From: Patescibacteria group bacterium
GTDB taxonomy: Bacteria; Patescibacteriota; Patescibacteriia; Patescibacteriales; UBA12465
Length of the DNA stretch: 64,000 bases
Reading direction: 5' to 3'
Assembly (NCBI GenBank): GCA_034002925.1
Contig: JAVEZP010000001.1
Location: forward strand, 66,523-130,522
A model generated the notes under the pieces. That model saw only the letters and a list, made by a program, of their open reading frames with translations, had not been told where the DNA came from and made no database searches. This document shows, piece by piece, positions 38,001 to 48,234 of the stretch (positions are counted from its first letter, which is position 1; the number at the start of each line of letters is the position of its first letter). A program made the translations under genes and the position numbers.

Positions 38001-39151
38001 TTATGACTATCTAAAAGAGTGCGCACGGCTATTTGTTTAGATTTATATTCTTCAAAAATTGTAGAATCTTTTGCATTTTTGGCCACAGCTCTATCTGATA
38101 ATATATTATGCTTAGGCACAGCTGCTAAATTCATTGCAGACGTATTAAAATCAACTAATACTTGCTTTTCTGCTTCATTTAATTGTAAATAAGATTCTAA
38201 ACCAGGCTGTAAAGCTAAGAAATCAATTTGTCTTTCCCCTTGTTCATTGATTTTTTCATCAGGAATAAAAGTTTGAGCCCAATTAACCATCTGTATAAGG
38301 TTAGCGCCATGTTTTTCTAAGCCTCCCTCAGCCTGAGCTAACAATGCTGTTCGATTTAAAGCTTTAGAGTTAAAGCTATTAGCAATGCCTTGTTTTAAAC
38401 GACCAAAAAAATCTTTATTCTGCATTTTCTGATTTTTTTGCATCATGACTTCATTTTTTGCACTTTCTGCAGCCATTGCCTGTAAACTTTTAGCAATCAT
38501 TAATTGAGCACTCTCTGACAAATCAACTAAACCCGGAATTGTCTCTAAGTCTGCTGCGCTTAAAGAAAGCTTTTCAAAGCTAGTTATTACTTGCTCTGAA
38601 TATAATTCTATTTTTTGTTTTTCTTCTAAGTTTTCGTTATCAATATTTTGTGATTTAATATCATCTATTACTGATGATTGATCAGTATTATCTTCACTTT
38701 TAAGCGCCTGCTCTACATTATTGCTAGTATCTTGCATGACTTTATCTCTATTCACATCAACTGCAGCTGCCTCTTTATTAAATTCTTCATTGATATTCAC
38801 GCCATTTAATTTAGCTGCTTGTTCTTCTTGAGCCATATCTTGAGCTACTATTTCATTCATTTGAGCTAACTTCATCTCAGCAAGATTTTTGGCTTCTTCG
38901 GGCTTACTCTCTAAAGACCTCGACACACCAGTTAATTTCTCTAGTAATTTAACATTAAAAGTAATATTAAACTTAGCTTTAAATTCTTGACGCAAACTTT
39001 GTTCCTCTTTGCCTTGCGCTTCTTTAATTCTTTTTTCCCATTCTAAAATTTCATCTAACTGTAATTTTAAAGACTCAAGATGTGCTTTAGAGCCTGATCT
39101 TATCGATTTATCTTTTTGTAAAGCAGGCGCTAACTGTTCTGTTGATTTCAT
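35030..39151 (-). CDS. Large (1373 aa) helical hypothetical protein with two Gly/Ala-rich hydrophobic segments and an acidic C-terminal half
   Basis: No signal peptide; FLAGGFAGRQGLSMAAINTFGVAAGAAAIPLTAAMIGAW and GAFTGAIFSSIGSAAYGA; DKDGDG motif near the C-terminus. Confidence 0.7.
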   Translation of the reverse strand: MKSTEQLAPALQKDKSIRSGSKAHLESLKLQLDEILEWEKRIKEAQGKEEQSLRQEFKAKFNITFNVKLLEKLTGVSRSLESKPEEAKNLAEMKLAQMNEIVAQDMAQEEQAAKLNGVNINEEFNKEAAAVDVNRDKVMQDTSNNVEQALKSEDNTDQSSVIDDIKSQNIDNENLEEKQKIELYSEQVITSFEKLSLSAADLETIPGLVDLSESAQLMIAKSLQAMAAESAKNEVMMQKNQKMQNKDFFGRLKQGIANSFNSKALNRTALLAQAEGGLEKHGANLIQMVNWAQTFIPDEKINEQGERQIDFLALQPGLESYLQLNEAEKQVLVDFNTSAMNLAAVPKHNILSDRAVAKNAKDSTIFEEYKSKQIAVRTLLDSHKLHAKEIDLYLYNADAKLNMMQFFAADPNLEREWSETLQKESIFKSIFKAAGKYVASKDNWKFLAGGFAGRQGLSMAAINTFGVAAGAAAIPLTAAMIGAWRGKERANKQLKEKDKFVDKKNLASHPLLTQRQAALKDLQSFLPLYSEIDNEQFKNKTGRMSFEDWSTIAHPDDLLLYESAQKRFKELDLQWQKIEQKNVERKTLKSEDLTRKLEDLLAQLNNTATREEHNKISAVLQRRLDFSKRLADDGLINFGVISDRSQNMIAFYNTLNQAQMSLLGFNVFSEDADLENSSSVALIETQARAMRLLNHLEDKADKKLDQKRKKFIVNQMIKGAFTGAIFSSIGSAAYGASSHIFQDGLEDVAMNNVVSESVVSGSEAELTEAQEIINDTISTELIEPVTTLDEDNVVPSIEKSSWSDVISNEGLKSGQHDSVWRSTKEIFLRNAESLGYEGNEDALNKWAEIQTNKALANSGELTDMVFEGNRVVLEKVNDSFVVTVEQGTGLEPKVALTTERLDPLPEIESIPNSVLTEEVLQPSPSSEQVVNDIIIPNAKSLEASPVALNKWLAMVGDKFSLEAEEITYVGDNIVKTVIGGEDIFIDPINEQYFFFNDAGEEISGFLADEKGNPVIDVQNFLVEKFNLESNSEFITDNGLNTESLDTNLENKQFIAKEAQDNITAEHINASAPTIDAKVQADINSYPWFKGLYENNAFKNLNWKLEDNFLIADKLTKGTVDKINLANIDLNNIAQINVIDDGYQVVLKENNEVLDFTLNSTGLEGENIFVLQEPIIEPEVDAQDAISDVSVSSEIIGNKNEQSKNYLTKITDFVKKFDNKVERIERGARFYQMDFKGDMRFMTSEKGFSVLSDNGGEKSFFDKDGDGFLDRMVINQKTYEANNLQSASDLKYISNKLYVFDDINSLAKEAELAASMKPESVFIADIDYEKQLVTIVDMSDGTTAVASPEQSLEMIEKLQSQYESKLANVTKELK

Positions 39152-39161
39152 ATTATTTAAA

Positions 39162-39341
39162 TTATTTTAATTCTTTAATTTGCTTTAAAATATTACTAGC
39201 CATATTTTCATCTTGAGCTTTTTTAAATTGATTAATTAAAGCAAGTTTTTGCTGATGTAAAACTGAAAGCTTATTTTCACTGTCTTGAAAAATAATTTCC
39301 AGTTCTTTAATTAATTGTTGCTGATTTTTATTTTTTTTCAT
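39162..39341 (-). CDS. Small helical protein (59 aa), absent from the supplied ORF track
   Basis: MKKNKNQQQLIKELEIIFQDSENKLSVLHQQKLALINQFKKAQDENMASNILKQIKELK*, stop 10 nt before the ATG of the 1373-aa gene. Confidence 0.6.
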   Translation of the reverse strand: MKKNKNQQQLIKELEIIFQDSENKLSVLHQQKLALINQFKKAQDENMASNILKQIKELK

Positions 39342-39421
39342 AAAATCTTATAAACTAATAATAACAAAAAAAATAATTTTTATCCATCTTTACATAGAAA
39401 TAAAGCCGTTAATATAAGCTC

Positions 39422-39559
39422 TTGACAAGCTTTTATAAATCATATAAGATGTGGTTAACGAAACATAAAAACTGAATAGATTGATGAAAAACAAGGTATT
39501 TATTGTATCTCTGTTTTTTTCTGTCCTATCTGAAAAGCTTTCGTTAGCACTTTGACAAT
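39422..39559 (+). promoter_or_regulatory. rRNA promoter and boxA
   Basis: TTGACA(39422)-17-TAAGAT(39445); boxA-like GCACTTTGACAA at about 39547-39558. Confidence 0.8.
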
Positions 39560-39674
39560 TTCAAACTTGGTGAAATAAAGATAAAAATTTTGATGCGAAT
39601 CGGCATCAATTCGGATAATAAATTAACCAGAATCTTTTTCATTATTCTTTCGAGAATAATGATCTCTATATTCA

Positions 39675-41157
<1,483 letters not shown>

Positions 41158-41309
41158 AGGGAGTAATTTATTACTAATATTTATTTATCAGTAATAATTA
41201 GTCGACATCTTATTTATAAGATGGATTATGTCGCGAGATATAGTCAAAAACAAAACTATTATTCGAAGAGGTGCCGATTTGACTCAAAATTTTTATCAGT
41301 TTGAAATGC

Positions 41310-41375
41310 AAAAACTACCTAATTAGGTAGTTTTTTGTTTGAAATAACAAAAAGAGAGCTTTAGCTCTCTTTTTT
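41310..41375. terminator. Terminators for the 16S unit and convergent trpS
   Basis: aaaaactacctaattaggtagtttttt and aaaagagagc-ttta-gctctcttttt. Confidence 0.85.
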
Positions 41376-41388
41376 ATTTTTATCTGTC

Positions 41389-42378
41389 TTAGTTAACACC
41401 AATTACTTGTCTAACTACTTGCATCTTGGCATTAGCAATCTCTTTAGCTCTCACAGCTCCATTGGTTAAAATATTCTGCACTTGTTCATCGGATATCTGA
41501 GAATATTTCTCTTGAAATTCAGTGAGAAATTTAGCTACCACTTCCGCTAAATCTTTTTTAAACTCACCATAACCCTTACCTTGATAGTCTTTCACTAATC
41601 TTTTTATTTGACGATTACCAAGTTGAGCATAGATGGTTAATAGATTAGCTATTGCTGGTCGATTAATAGGGTCATAGTCAATGTCAGAGCCGGAGTCAGT
41701 CACTGCTTTCATGATTTTCTTTTGAGCGACTTCAATATCATCTAAAAGAGAGATGTATGAATTAGGATTGGCATCACTTTTTGACATCTTTTTACTCGGA
41801 TCAAGCAGACTCATAATTCTTGCTCCTTCTTTGCGGATAACTACTTCTGGCACAACAAAGGTCTGAGTAAATTGAGCATTAAATCGTTTAGCAATATCTC
41901 TAGCCAATTCAACATGTTGTTTTTGATCGTCCCCCACCGGCACAGCTTGAGTGTCGTATAATAATATATCAGCCGCCATCAACACAGGATAAGTGAAAAG
42001 ACCAACTGAAACAGCTTCTTTAATTTTTTCTGACTTATCTTTATACTGAGTCATCTTCTTTAAATCAGACATATATGAACCAGCACAACTTAAAACCCAA
42101 GCTAATTCCGTATGAGCACTCACAGTTGATTGTTGAAAAATGATAGATGTATCAGGATTAATACCAGCCGCTAAATAGATTTTAGCTACTTCTATAATTC
42201 TCTTTCTTAATTCAACTGGATCATGTTTAACGGTAATGGCGTGATAATCAACAATTGAAAAAATGCATTCATATTTAGTTTGCATATCTCGCCACTGACT
42301 AATAGCACCAATATAATTACCAATAGTGAGATTACCGCTAGGTTGCACCCCAGAAAAAATTCTTTTTACTTTATCCAT
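41389..42378 (-). CDS. trpS: Tryptophan--tRNA ligase
   Basis: FSGVQPSGNLTIGNYIGA, YPVLMAADILLY, VPVGDDQKQH, KMSKS. Confidence 0.97.
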   Translation of the reverse strand: MDKVKRIFSGVQPSGNLTIGNYIGAISQWRDMQTKYECIFSIVDYHAITVKHDPVELRKRIIEVAKIYLAAGINPDTSIIFQQSTVSAHTELAWVLSCAGSYMSDLKKMTQYKDKSEKIKEAVSVGLFTYPVLMAADILLYDTQAVPVGDDQKQHVELARDIAKRFNAQFTQTFVVPEVVIRKEGARIMSLLDPSKKMSKSDANPNSYISLLDDIEVAQKKIMKAVTDSGSDIDYDPINRPAIANLLTIYAQLGNRQIKRLVKDYQGKGYGEFKKDLAEVVAKFLTEFQEKYSQISDEQVQNILTNGAVRAKEIANAKMQVVRQVIGVN

Positions 42379-42411
42379 ATAAATTTATATTATATTACCA
42401 TTTTACTGTAA

Positions 42412-43638
42412 TTAATCTTTAAAATCAATTTGAGCATAATTTTGACTAACAAAATCCACATCTTTATCGCCCCGACCAGATAAATTCACTACTAAAATTT
42501 TGTCTTTTGCTAAATTAGGACTGATTTTATAGGCATAAGCTAGGGCGTGAGCACTTTCAAGAGCAGGAATAATACCTTCGTAACGAGCAGTCAAAGCAAA
42601 AGCTTCAAGTGCTTCACTATCACTAATAGCCTCATATCTAATTCTTCCTATTTCTTTTAAAAAAGCATGAATTGGTCCTACCCCTGGATAATCAAGACCT
42701 GAAGCAATCGAATAAACGGGAGAAGCTTGATTTTCTTCATCTTGAAGCAGATAGGTCTTCATACCATGAATAATGCCAGAACGACCTAAACTTAAAGTAG
42801 CAGCATGCTGACCAAATTCTAAGCTTTTACCGGCTGGTTCCACTCCTACTAACTCTAGCTCTAATTCATCTAAAAAATCATGGAATAAACCAATAGCATT
42901 AGAACCACCCCCAACACAGGCAATCAACATGTCTACTTTTTTTATATTGTGTTCCCGTAACTGACGTCTTAATTCTCTGCTAATAACACTTTGGAAATAT
43001 GTAACCATGGCAGGATATGGATGGGGACCAACCACAGAACCAATCGCAAAAAAAGCAGATTTATATTCTTGAAGATAAGCGGCAAAGGCACTATCAACTG
43101 CCTCTTTTAATGATTTTCCACCTTGTTTTACAATTATTACTTTTGCTCCTAGTAATCTCATTTTTTTCACATTCTCTGCCTGCTTATTAGCATCTATCTC
43201 ACCCATATAGATATCGCACTCTAAACCAGTGACAGCTGCGGCCGTAGCCAAGGCTACACCATGTTGACCGGCTCCAGTTTCAGCCATTAACTTTTTTTTG
43301 CCCAAACGCTTAGCCAACAAGGCCTCTCCTAAACAATGATTAATTTTATGAGCTCCAGTGTGATTTAAATCTTCACGCTTAAAATATATTTGCGCTCCCC
43401 CTAACTTCTCGCTCATGTTTTTTGCATGATATAGCGGTGATGGTCGACCAACAAAATCTTGAAGCAAAGCTTGATATTCTTGAATAAAGTTTTCATCCGT
43501 CTTAATTTTCGTAAAAGCTTGTTCTATTTCTTGAAAAGTCTCTTTAAGAAATTCGGGCAAAAAAGCGCCACCAAACTCACCATAATATCCTTCTTTATTA
43601 GGAAGATTTTTATAATTTGTATTATTAAAAGTATTCAT
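42412..43638 (-). CDS. trpB: Tryptophan synthase beta chain (no adjacent trpA)
   Basis: KREDLNHTGAHKIN (PLP Lys), AETGAGQHG, ACVGGGSNA, GLDYPGVGP, NLSGRGDKD. Confidence 0.96.
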   Translation of the reverse strand: MNTFNNTNYKNLPNKEGYYGEFGGAFLPEFLKETFQEIEQAFTKIKTDENFIQEYQALLQDFVGRPSPLYHAKNMSEKLGGAQIYFKREDLNHTGAHKINHCLGEALLAKRLGKKKLMAETGAGQHGVALATAAAVTGLECDIYMGEIDANKQAENVKKMRLLGAKVIIVKQGGKSLKEAVDSAFAAYLQEYKSAFFAIGSVVGPHPYPAMVTYFQSVISRELRRQLREHNIKKVDMLIACVGGGSNAIGLFHDFLDELELELVGVEPAGKSLEFGQHAATLSLGRSGIIHGMKTYLLQDEENQASPVYSIASGLDYPGVGPIHAFLKEIGRIRYEAISDSEALEAFALTARYEGIIPALESAHALAYAYKISPNLAKDKILVVNLSGRGDKDVDFVSQNYAQIDFKD

Positions 43639-43736
43639 ATATTAATTATTAAATTTATTAAATAGTATGATTAGAAATTAAAAAAACACCAATATTCAGA
43701 AGCTCGATTGTAGAAAAAATAATATTTCATAGAAAA

Positions 43737-43997
43737 TAAAAAAATCCCGTCTTTTCTGCCTAATCTAAAATTAAGCAGAAAGGACGGGATTTCCCGCGGT
43801 GCCACCTTTCTTGCTTGCTAAAATAGCAAGCCTCTTTAATGTCTCCGCTTTATAGCGACAACATCTATCCTTTGATTACGGAGGAAGCCGAGCAACCACT
43901 AGCGCAGTCGCCATCCTTGACTCAAGAGTCAACATCTATGCCCAACCCCGAATAAATTCGGGACATAGACCTGGATTTTAAAAATTATTAAAGTTAT
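43737..43997 (-). promoter_or_regulatory. T-box riboswitch leader (Trp-type) with antiterminator and overlapping terminator
   Basis: Minus strand AAAGG-TGGCACC-GCG-GGAAATCC-CGT-CCTTT (43809-43779); terminator AATCCCGTC...GACGGGATTTTTTT; CCGTAA stem IIA/B-like motif; promoter TTGACT-17-TACCTT (44032-44004). Confidence 0.85.
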
Positions 43998-44036
43998 AAT
44001 GACAAGGTATCATAATAAAAATTAAAAGTCAAAACT

Positions 44037-44303
44037 ATGAACATGGAAAAATTCACTCTTGATCCTCTACAGGACAAGTTTAATAAAAAACTTGAAAACA
44101 GTGGTATGGAATTTGCTACTGAAAATAAGAACCGTTTTTTAAGCCCAGAAGAATGGTTTGCGAAATATTATAACGAAAAAGGCGATGACGCTATTCCTGA
44201 AAGAATTATTAATGAAATAAACCCCGAAGAATTAGCCTCCCTAAAAGAAAAATATGGGACCAAAAAGCCAGCAGAAGCTGATCAATTAGAAATAAATTTC
44301 TAA
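44037..44303 (+). CDS. Hypothetical protein
   Basis: 88-aa acidic ORF filling the intergenic space. Confidence 0.55.
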   Translation: MNMEKFTLDPLQDKFNKKLENSGMEFATENKNRFLSPEEWFAKYYNEKGDDAIPERIINEINPEELASLKEKYGTKKPAEADQLEINF

Positions 44304-44352
44304 AATTTGACTTAGCTAAAAAATACAACTAAACTATTTTTTAGCTAATTTA

Positions 44353-44423
44353 CGGGGTGTAGTATAACGGTAGTACGCATGCATGGGGTGCATGTAGCCC
44401 GGGTTCAATTCCCGGCACCCCGA
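44353..44423 (+). tRNA. tRNA-Pro(GGG)
   Basis: Acceptor CGGGGTG/CACCCCG; anticodon arm CATGC-ATGGGGT-GCATG; TTCAAT T-loop; no CCA. Confidence 0.92.
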
Positions 44424-44432
44424 CATAATGTC

Positions 44433-44505
44433 GGGCTTGTAGCTCATCTGGTAGAGCGCCGCATTCGCATTGCGGAGGCAAGGGGTTCAAGTCCCCTCAA
44501 GTCCA
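44433..44505 (+). tRNA. tRNA-Ala(CGC)
   Basis: GGGCTTG/CAAGTCC with G3:U70; CCGCA-TTCGCAT-TGCGG. Confidence 0.93.
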
Positions 44506-44515
44506 CCGCTAATGA

Positions 44516-44587
44516 CGGGCTGTGGTATAAAGGCTATTATACACGCTTCGGGTGCGTGTGATCCCGGTTCAATTCCGGGCAGCCCGA
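44516..44587 (+). tRNA. tRNA-Pro(CGG)
   Basis: CGGGCTG/CAGCCCG; CACGC-TTCGGGT-GCGTG; followed by terminator aaaatcgct-aaaa-agcgatttttttt. Confidence 0.92.
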
Positions 44588-44711
44588 CAGTCTAAAATCG
44601 CTAAAAAAGCGATTTTTTTTATGGTTGCTAAAATATCTAATTCTCATTATAATAAAGTCAAGATACAAATATTCCCTATTCCAAGTTTTAGTCTTGGTTG
44701 TTTTAATATTT

Positions 44712-46199
44712 ATGATAGATTTCAAGCAAAAAATAGAAGAGAGCGAACATGATTTACAACTAAATGTTCAACAAGAAGAAGAACAATTGTTAGCAGAAAT
44801 AAAAAAAAGACGTAAATTTAAAAATTACTTAATTGCTATTTTAGCAATTATTTTTATCCTGTCTGGCAAAATAATCATGTCTAGCCAAGGAGTAAGTCAA
44901 TGGTTTAATAATAACCCTTTTTGGGATCGCATCGCTCACTTGACTGAAAATGATGATAATTTACTAAAAGGTGAAAAAGATGATCGTATTAATATCTTGT
45001 TAATTGGCATTGGTGGAGCTGGTCATGATGGCGGCAACTTAGCTGATACTATTATGTTAGCTAGTATTAAGCCATCAACTAAACAAGTAGCTTTGATTTC
45101 TATTCCACGTGATCTCAGTCTGCCTATTGCTGATGGTAGTTGGCGTAAAGTAAATTCTATCCACGCGACAGCTGAAGCAAAAGAAGAAAATAGCGGTGGC
45201 GAAGCTATGATGTCAGTTTTAAGCGCTAATTTAGGCACACCAATTCATTATTTTATCCGCGTTGATTTTCAGGGTTTTATTAAAATTATTGATGAGCTTG
45301 GTGGAGTGGATGTTAATGTAGAAAACACTCTAAATGACTATAGCTACCCAATTATGGGAGAAGAAGATAATCCAGACTATTATGCTCGCTACGAACATCT
45401 CTATATTGAAAAAGGACCTCAACACATGAATGGCAGCCTTGCTTTAAAATATTCTCGTAGTCGTTATGCTAGTGGCATTGAAGGCTCTGATTTTGCTAGA
45501 GCCAGACGTCAACAATTAATCCTATCAGCTGTTAAAGAAAAACTATTATCACGTAACAATCTACTAAAGCCCTTGATGCTTAGTCGTATTATTTCTGAAT
45601 TAAATAAAAACATTAGAACCAACTTAGATATTTGGGAACTACTTAAACTATGGAATGATTATAATAGTATTAAGGCTGAAGATATTATTAGCAAAGTATT
45701 TAATGATGGCCCTGGAGGCTTTTTAATCGCAACCAGAGGAGAGGATGGAGCTTACATCCTCATCCCTCAAACTGGTAATTTTAACCTTATCCAAGCAGAA
45801 GTAAATAATATTTTTGGAGAAATAGAAGTGATAGATGAAAATGCCGAGCAATTAGAACCAATCAATCATGAGCCAGAGTTTAAAATTGATACGATTAACA
45901 AAGAAGTAAAAGTAGCAGTTTTAAATGGCACTTGGATTAGCGGCTTAGCTGCTAGCAATGCTCTCACCTTACAAGAATATGGATTTAAAATTAGCGAGAC
46001 CGCTAATGCACCAACTAGAGAATACAAAAAACCGATTGTGTACGATTTAAGTTATGGCAAAGAAATGAAAGCCTTAGAAATACTTCAAGCTATTAGTGGC
46101 GCCCAACTAGCTTATGATGCTCCTACTTGGCTGGAAACTTATAAAAACAAAAGCGAGACTCCTGATTTTATCTTAATCATAGGTAGTAATAATGAATAA
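44712..46199 (+). CDS. LCP (LytR-CpsA-Psr) family cell-wall glycopolymer transferase with LytR_C domain
   Basis: RINILLIG, DTIMLAS, ISIPRD, SDFARARRQQ, VAVLNGTWISGLA; start placed at MIDF. Confidence 0.9.
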   Translation: MIDFKQKIEESEHDLQLNVQQEEEQLLAEIKKRRKFKNYLIAILAIIFILSGKIIMSSQGVSQWFNNNPFWDRIAHLTENDDNLLKGEKDDRINILLIGIGGAGHDGGNLADTIMLASIKPSTKQVALISIPRDLSLPIADGSWRKVNSIHATAEAKEENSGGEAMMSVLSANLGTPIHYFIRVDFQGFIKIIDELGGVDVNVENTLNDYSYPIMGEEDNPDYYARYEHLYIEKGPQHMNGSLALKYSRSRYASGIEGSDFARARRQQLILSAVKEKLLSRNNLLKPLMLSRIISELNKNIRTNLDIWELLKLWNDYNSIKAEDIISKVFNDGPGGFLIATRGEDGAYILIPQTGNFNLIQAEVNNIFGEIEVIDENAEQLEPINHEPEFKIDTINKEVKVAVLNGTWISGLAASNALTLQEYGFKISETANAPTREYKKPIVYDLSYGKEMKALEILQAISGAQLAYDAPTWLETYKNKSETPDFILIIGSNNE

Positions 46200-46201
46200 A
46201 T

Positions 46202-47599
46202 ATGAAAAATGATGATAAAAAATTGCCCTTAGTAGCAATTTTAGGAAGAACTAATGTGGGCAAATCAACTATCTTTAACCGCTTAACAGAAAAGCGTCAA
46301 GCTTTAATTTCTAATATTGCTGGTACCACTCGAGATGTTAACGAAAACACTGTTCATTGGAATAAAAAGGTATTTCGTCTAGTTGATACTGCTGGTTTAA
46401 TTGATATTGCTCTTTTCCAACAGGAGAAGATAAACAATAAAGACAATAACGTTGATATACTAGCTCAAAAACAAGCATTCAAATATTTTAAAGAAGCTGA
46501 ATTACTATTATTTGTAGTGGATGGTAAAGCAGGTATTATGCCTGAAGATAAAGAATTAGCTAAAGCTATCAGACAAAAACCACAATATCTGAAAAAAACT
46601 TTATTAGTGGTAAATAAATTAGACAGTCGTCGTTTACAATCGGAGGCAGCTGTGTTTAACAGCTTAGGCTTAGGTGAACCTGTAGGCATCTCTGCGCAAA
46701 CAGGTTCGGGCACAGGTGATTTATTAGAAATTGTGCTAAAAAAAATTAAAGCTAAGGCAGATAATAAAATAGATTATGAAAATCATAGTGATGCTAAACT
46801 CTGTATTGTAGGTAAACCTAATGTGGGCAAATCTTCACTTTTAAATTCTTTACTTGGATTTGAAAGAGTAATAATTAGTGATCAGCCTCATACCACTCGA
46901 GAATCTCAAGACATAGAAATTATCCATAAAGAAAAAACCATTCGTTTAATTGACACAGCTGGTATTTCTCGTCACGGACACAAAGGTAAAGGCTTAGAAA
47001 AAGAAGGTATCGCTATCTCTTTAAACTCATTACACAAAGCGGATGTTGCTTTATTAGTGCTTGATGTGAGCGAAGATCTCACCCACCAAGACGCTAAAAT
47101 GATTGAAGAAATAGTTAAAAGACAAAAAAGCTTAATTATTATTGGCAATAAGTGGGATAAAATTGAAAATAAAAGTCAAAAACATTGGCAAATGGAAATA
47201 TATAAAAAACTACCCTTTGCTACTTGGGCGCCTATTATCTTTATTTCTGCTAAAACCGGATCTAAGGTTAATAAAATTTTGGATTTAGCTTTAGAAATTA
47301 GCGAACAAAGAAAAACAGAAGTTAGTGAAACACAATTAAAGAAATTTCTAGCTAGAGTAGTAAAAATTCATTTACCCGCTAAAGGCAAGGGTTTAAAAGC
47401 ACCTCATATTTTTGAAATTACTCAAAATAGAATTAATCCTCCGGTTTTTAGCATTCGCATTGGCTCTCGTGATAATTTACACTTCTCGTACGTTCGTTTT
47501 TTAGAGAATAGATTAAGAGAACAATATCCATTTTTAGGCACCCCTATTCACATGCGTGTTATTAAAAATAAGAAGAAACATGGAGTCAGAGAAACTTAA
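46202..47599 (+). CDS. der: Ribosome biogenesis GTPase Der/EngA
   Basis: Two G domains (GRTNVGKS, GKPNVGKSS; DTAG; NKLD/NKWD) plus C-terminal KH-like domain. Confidence 0.96.
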   Translation: MKNDDKKLPLVAILGRTNVGKSTIFNRLTEKRQALISNIAGTTRDVNENTVHWNKKVFRLVDTAGLIDIALFQQEKINNKDNNVDILAQKQAFKYFKEAELLLFVVDGKAGIMPEDKELAKAIRQKPQYLKKTLLVVNKLDSRRLQSEAAVFNSLGLGEPVGISAQTGSGTGDLLEIVLKKIKAKADNKIDYENHSDAKLCIVGKPNVGKSSLLNSLLGFERVIISDQPHTTRESQDIEIIHKEKTIRLIDTAGISRHGHKGKGLEKEGIAISLNSLHKADVALLVLDVSEDLTHQDAKMIEEIVKRQKSLIIIGNKWDKIENKSQKHWQMEIYKKLPFATWAPIIFISAKTGSKVNKILDLALEISEQRKTEVSETQLKKFLARVVKIHLPAKGKGLKAPHIFEITQNRINPPVFSIRIGSRDNLHFSYVRFLENRLREQYPFLGTPIHMRVIKNKKKHGVRET

Positions 47600-47673
47600 T
47601 GACCGCTTAGCGGTTATTTTGTTATCGCCATTTTAATATAAATAAGTTATAATAAATATCGAGTTTCAATTTT

Positions 47674-48234
47674 ATGAAAATGATAATTGGTCTTGGTAAT
47701 CCCGGTGAGCGTTTTGATCAAACTAGGCACAATGCTGGTTGGTTGGCTTTAGATTATTTAATTGGAGAAAATAATTGGACATTAGAAAAAAAGTTTAACG
47801 CTCTTATTAAAAAAGAAGGAGGCAACATCTATTTAAAACCTCTCTCTTTTATGAATAAATCTGGAGATAGTGCTTATCAAGCTTTGCGTTATTTTCAATT
47901 ATTAGAACGCAGCTTCGCTTTTTTTCTTAAAAAAGAACAAGACCTAACCCAAACATTAGCCGTGCTTCATGATGATTTAGACTTAGCTTTGGGTGCTTGG
48001 AAAATTAGTCAAGATTCACGTAGTGGTGGCAACAAAGGTGTGCAATCTATTATTAATGTTTTAAAAACACAAAAATTTCAACGTTTACGCTTAGGGATTA
48101 AAACTGAAATGTTAAGAAATCCAATTCCAGCAGAAAAATTTGTTTTACAAAAATTTTCAGACACAGAATTAGCAGAGTTAAAAAAAATTATACCTACTGG
48201 TATAAATGAATTAAAAAAATCCTTTAATTTATAA
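47674..48234 (+). CDS. pth: Peptidyl-tRNA hydrolase
   Basis: IIGLGNPG...TRHNAG, KPLSFMNKSG, HDDLD. Confidence 0.95.
   Translation: MKMIIGLGNPGERFDQTRHNAGWLALDYLIGENNWTLEKKFNALIKKEGGNIYLKPLSFMNKSGDSAYQALRYFQLLERSFAFFLKKEQDLTQTLAVLHDDLDLALGAWKISQDSRSGGNKGVQSIINVLKTQKFQRLRLGIKTEMLRNPIPAEKFVLQKFSDTELAELKKIIPTGINELKKSFNL

Noticed and set aside
44379-44752. Short ORFs 44379..44561, 44537..44725 and 44552..44752
   Set aside because: They overlap tRNA genes and their terminator
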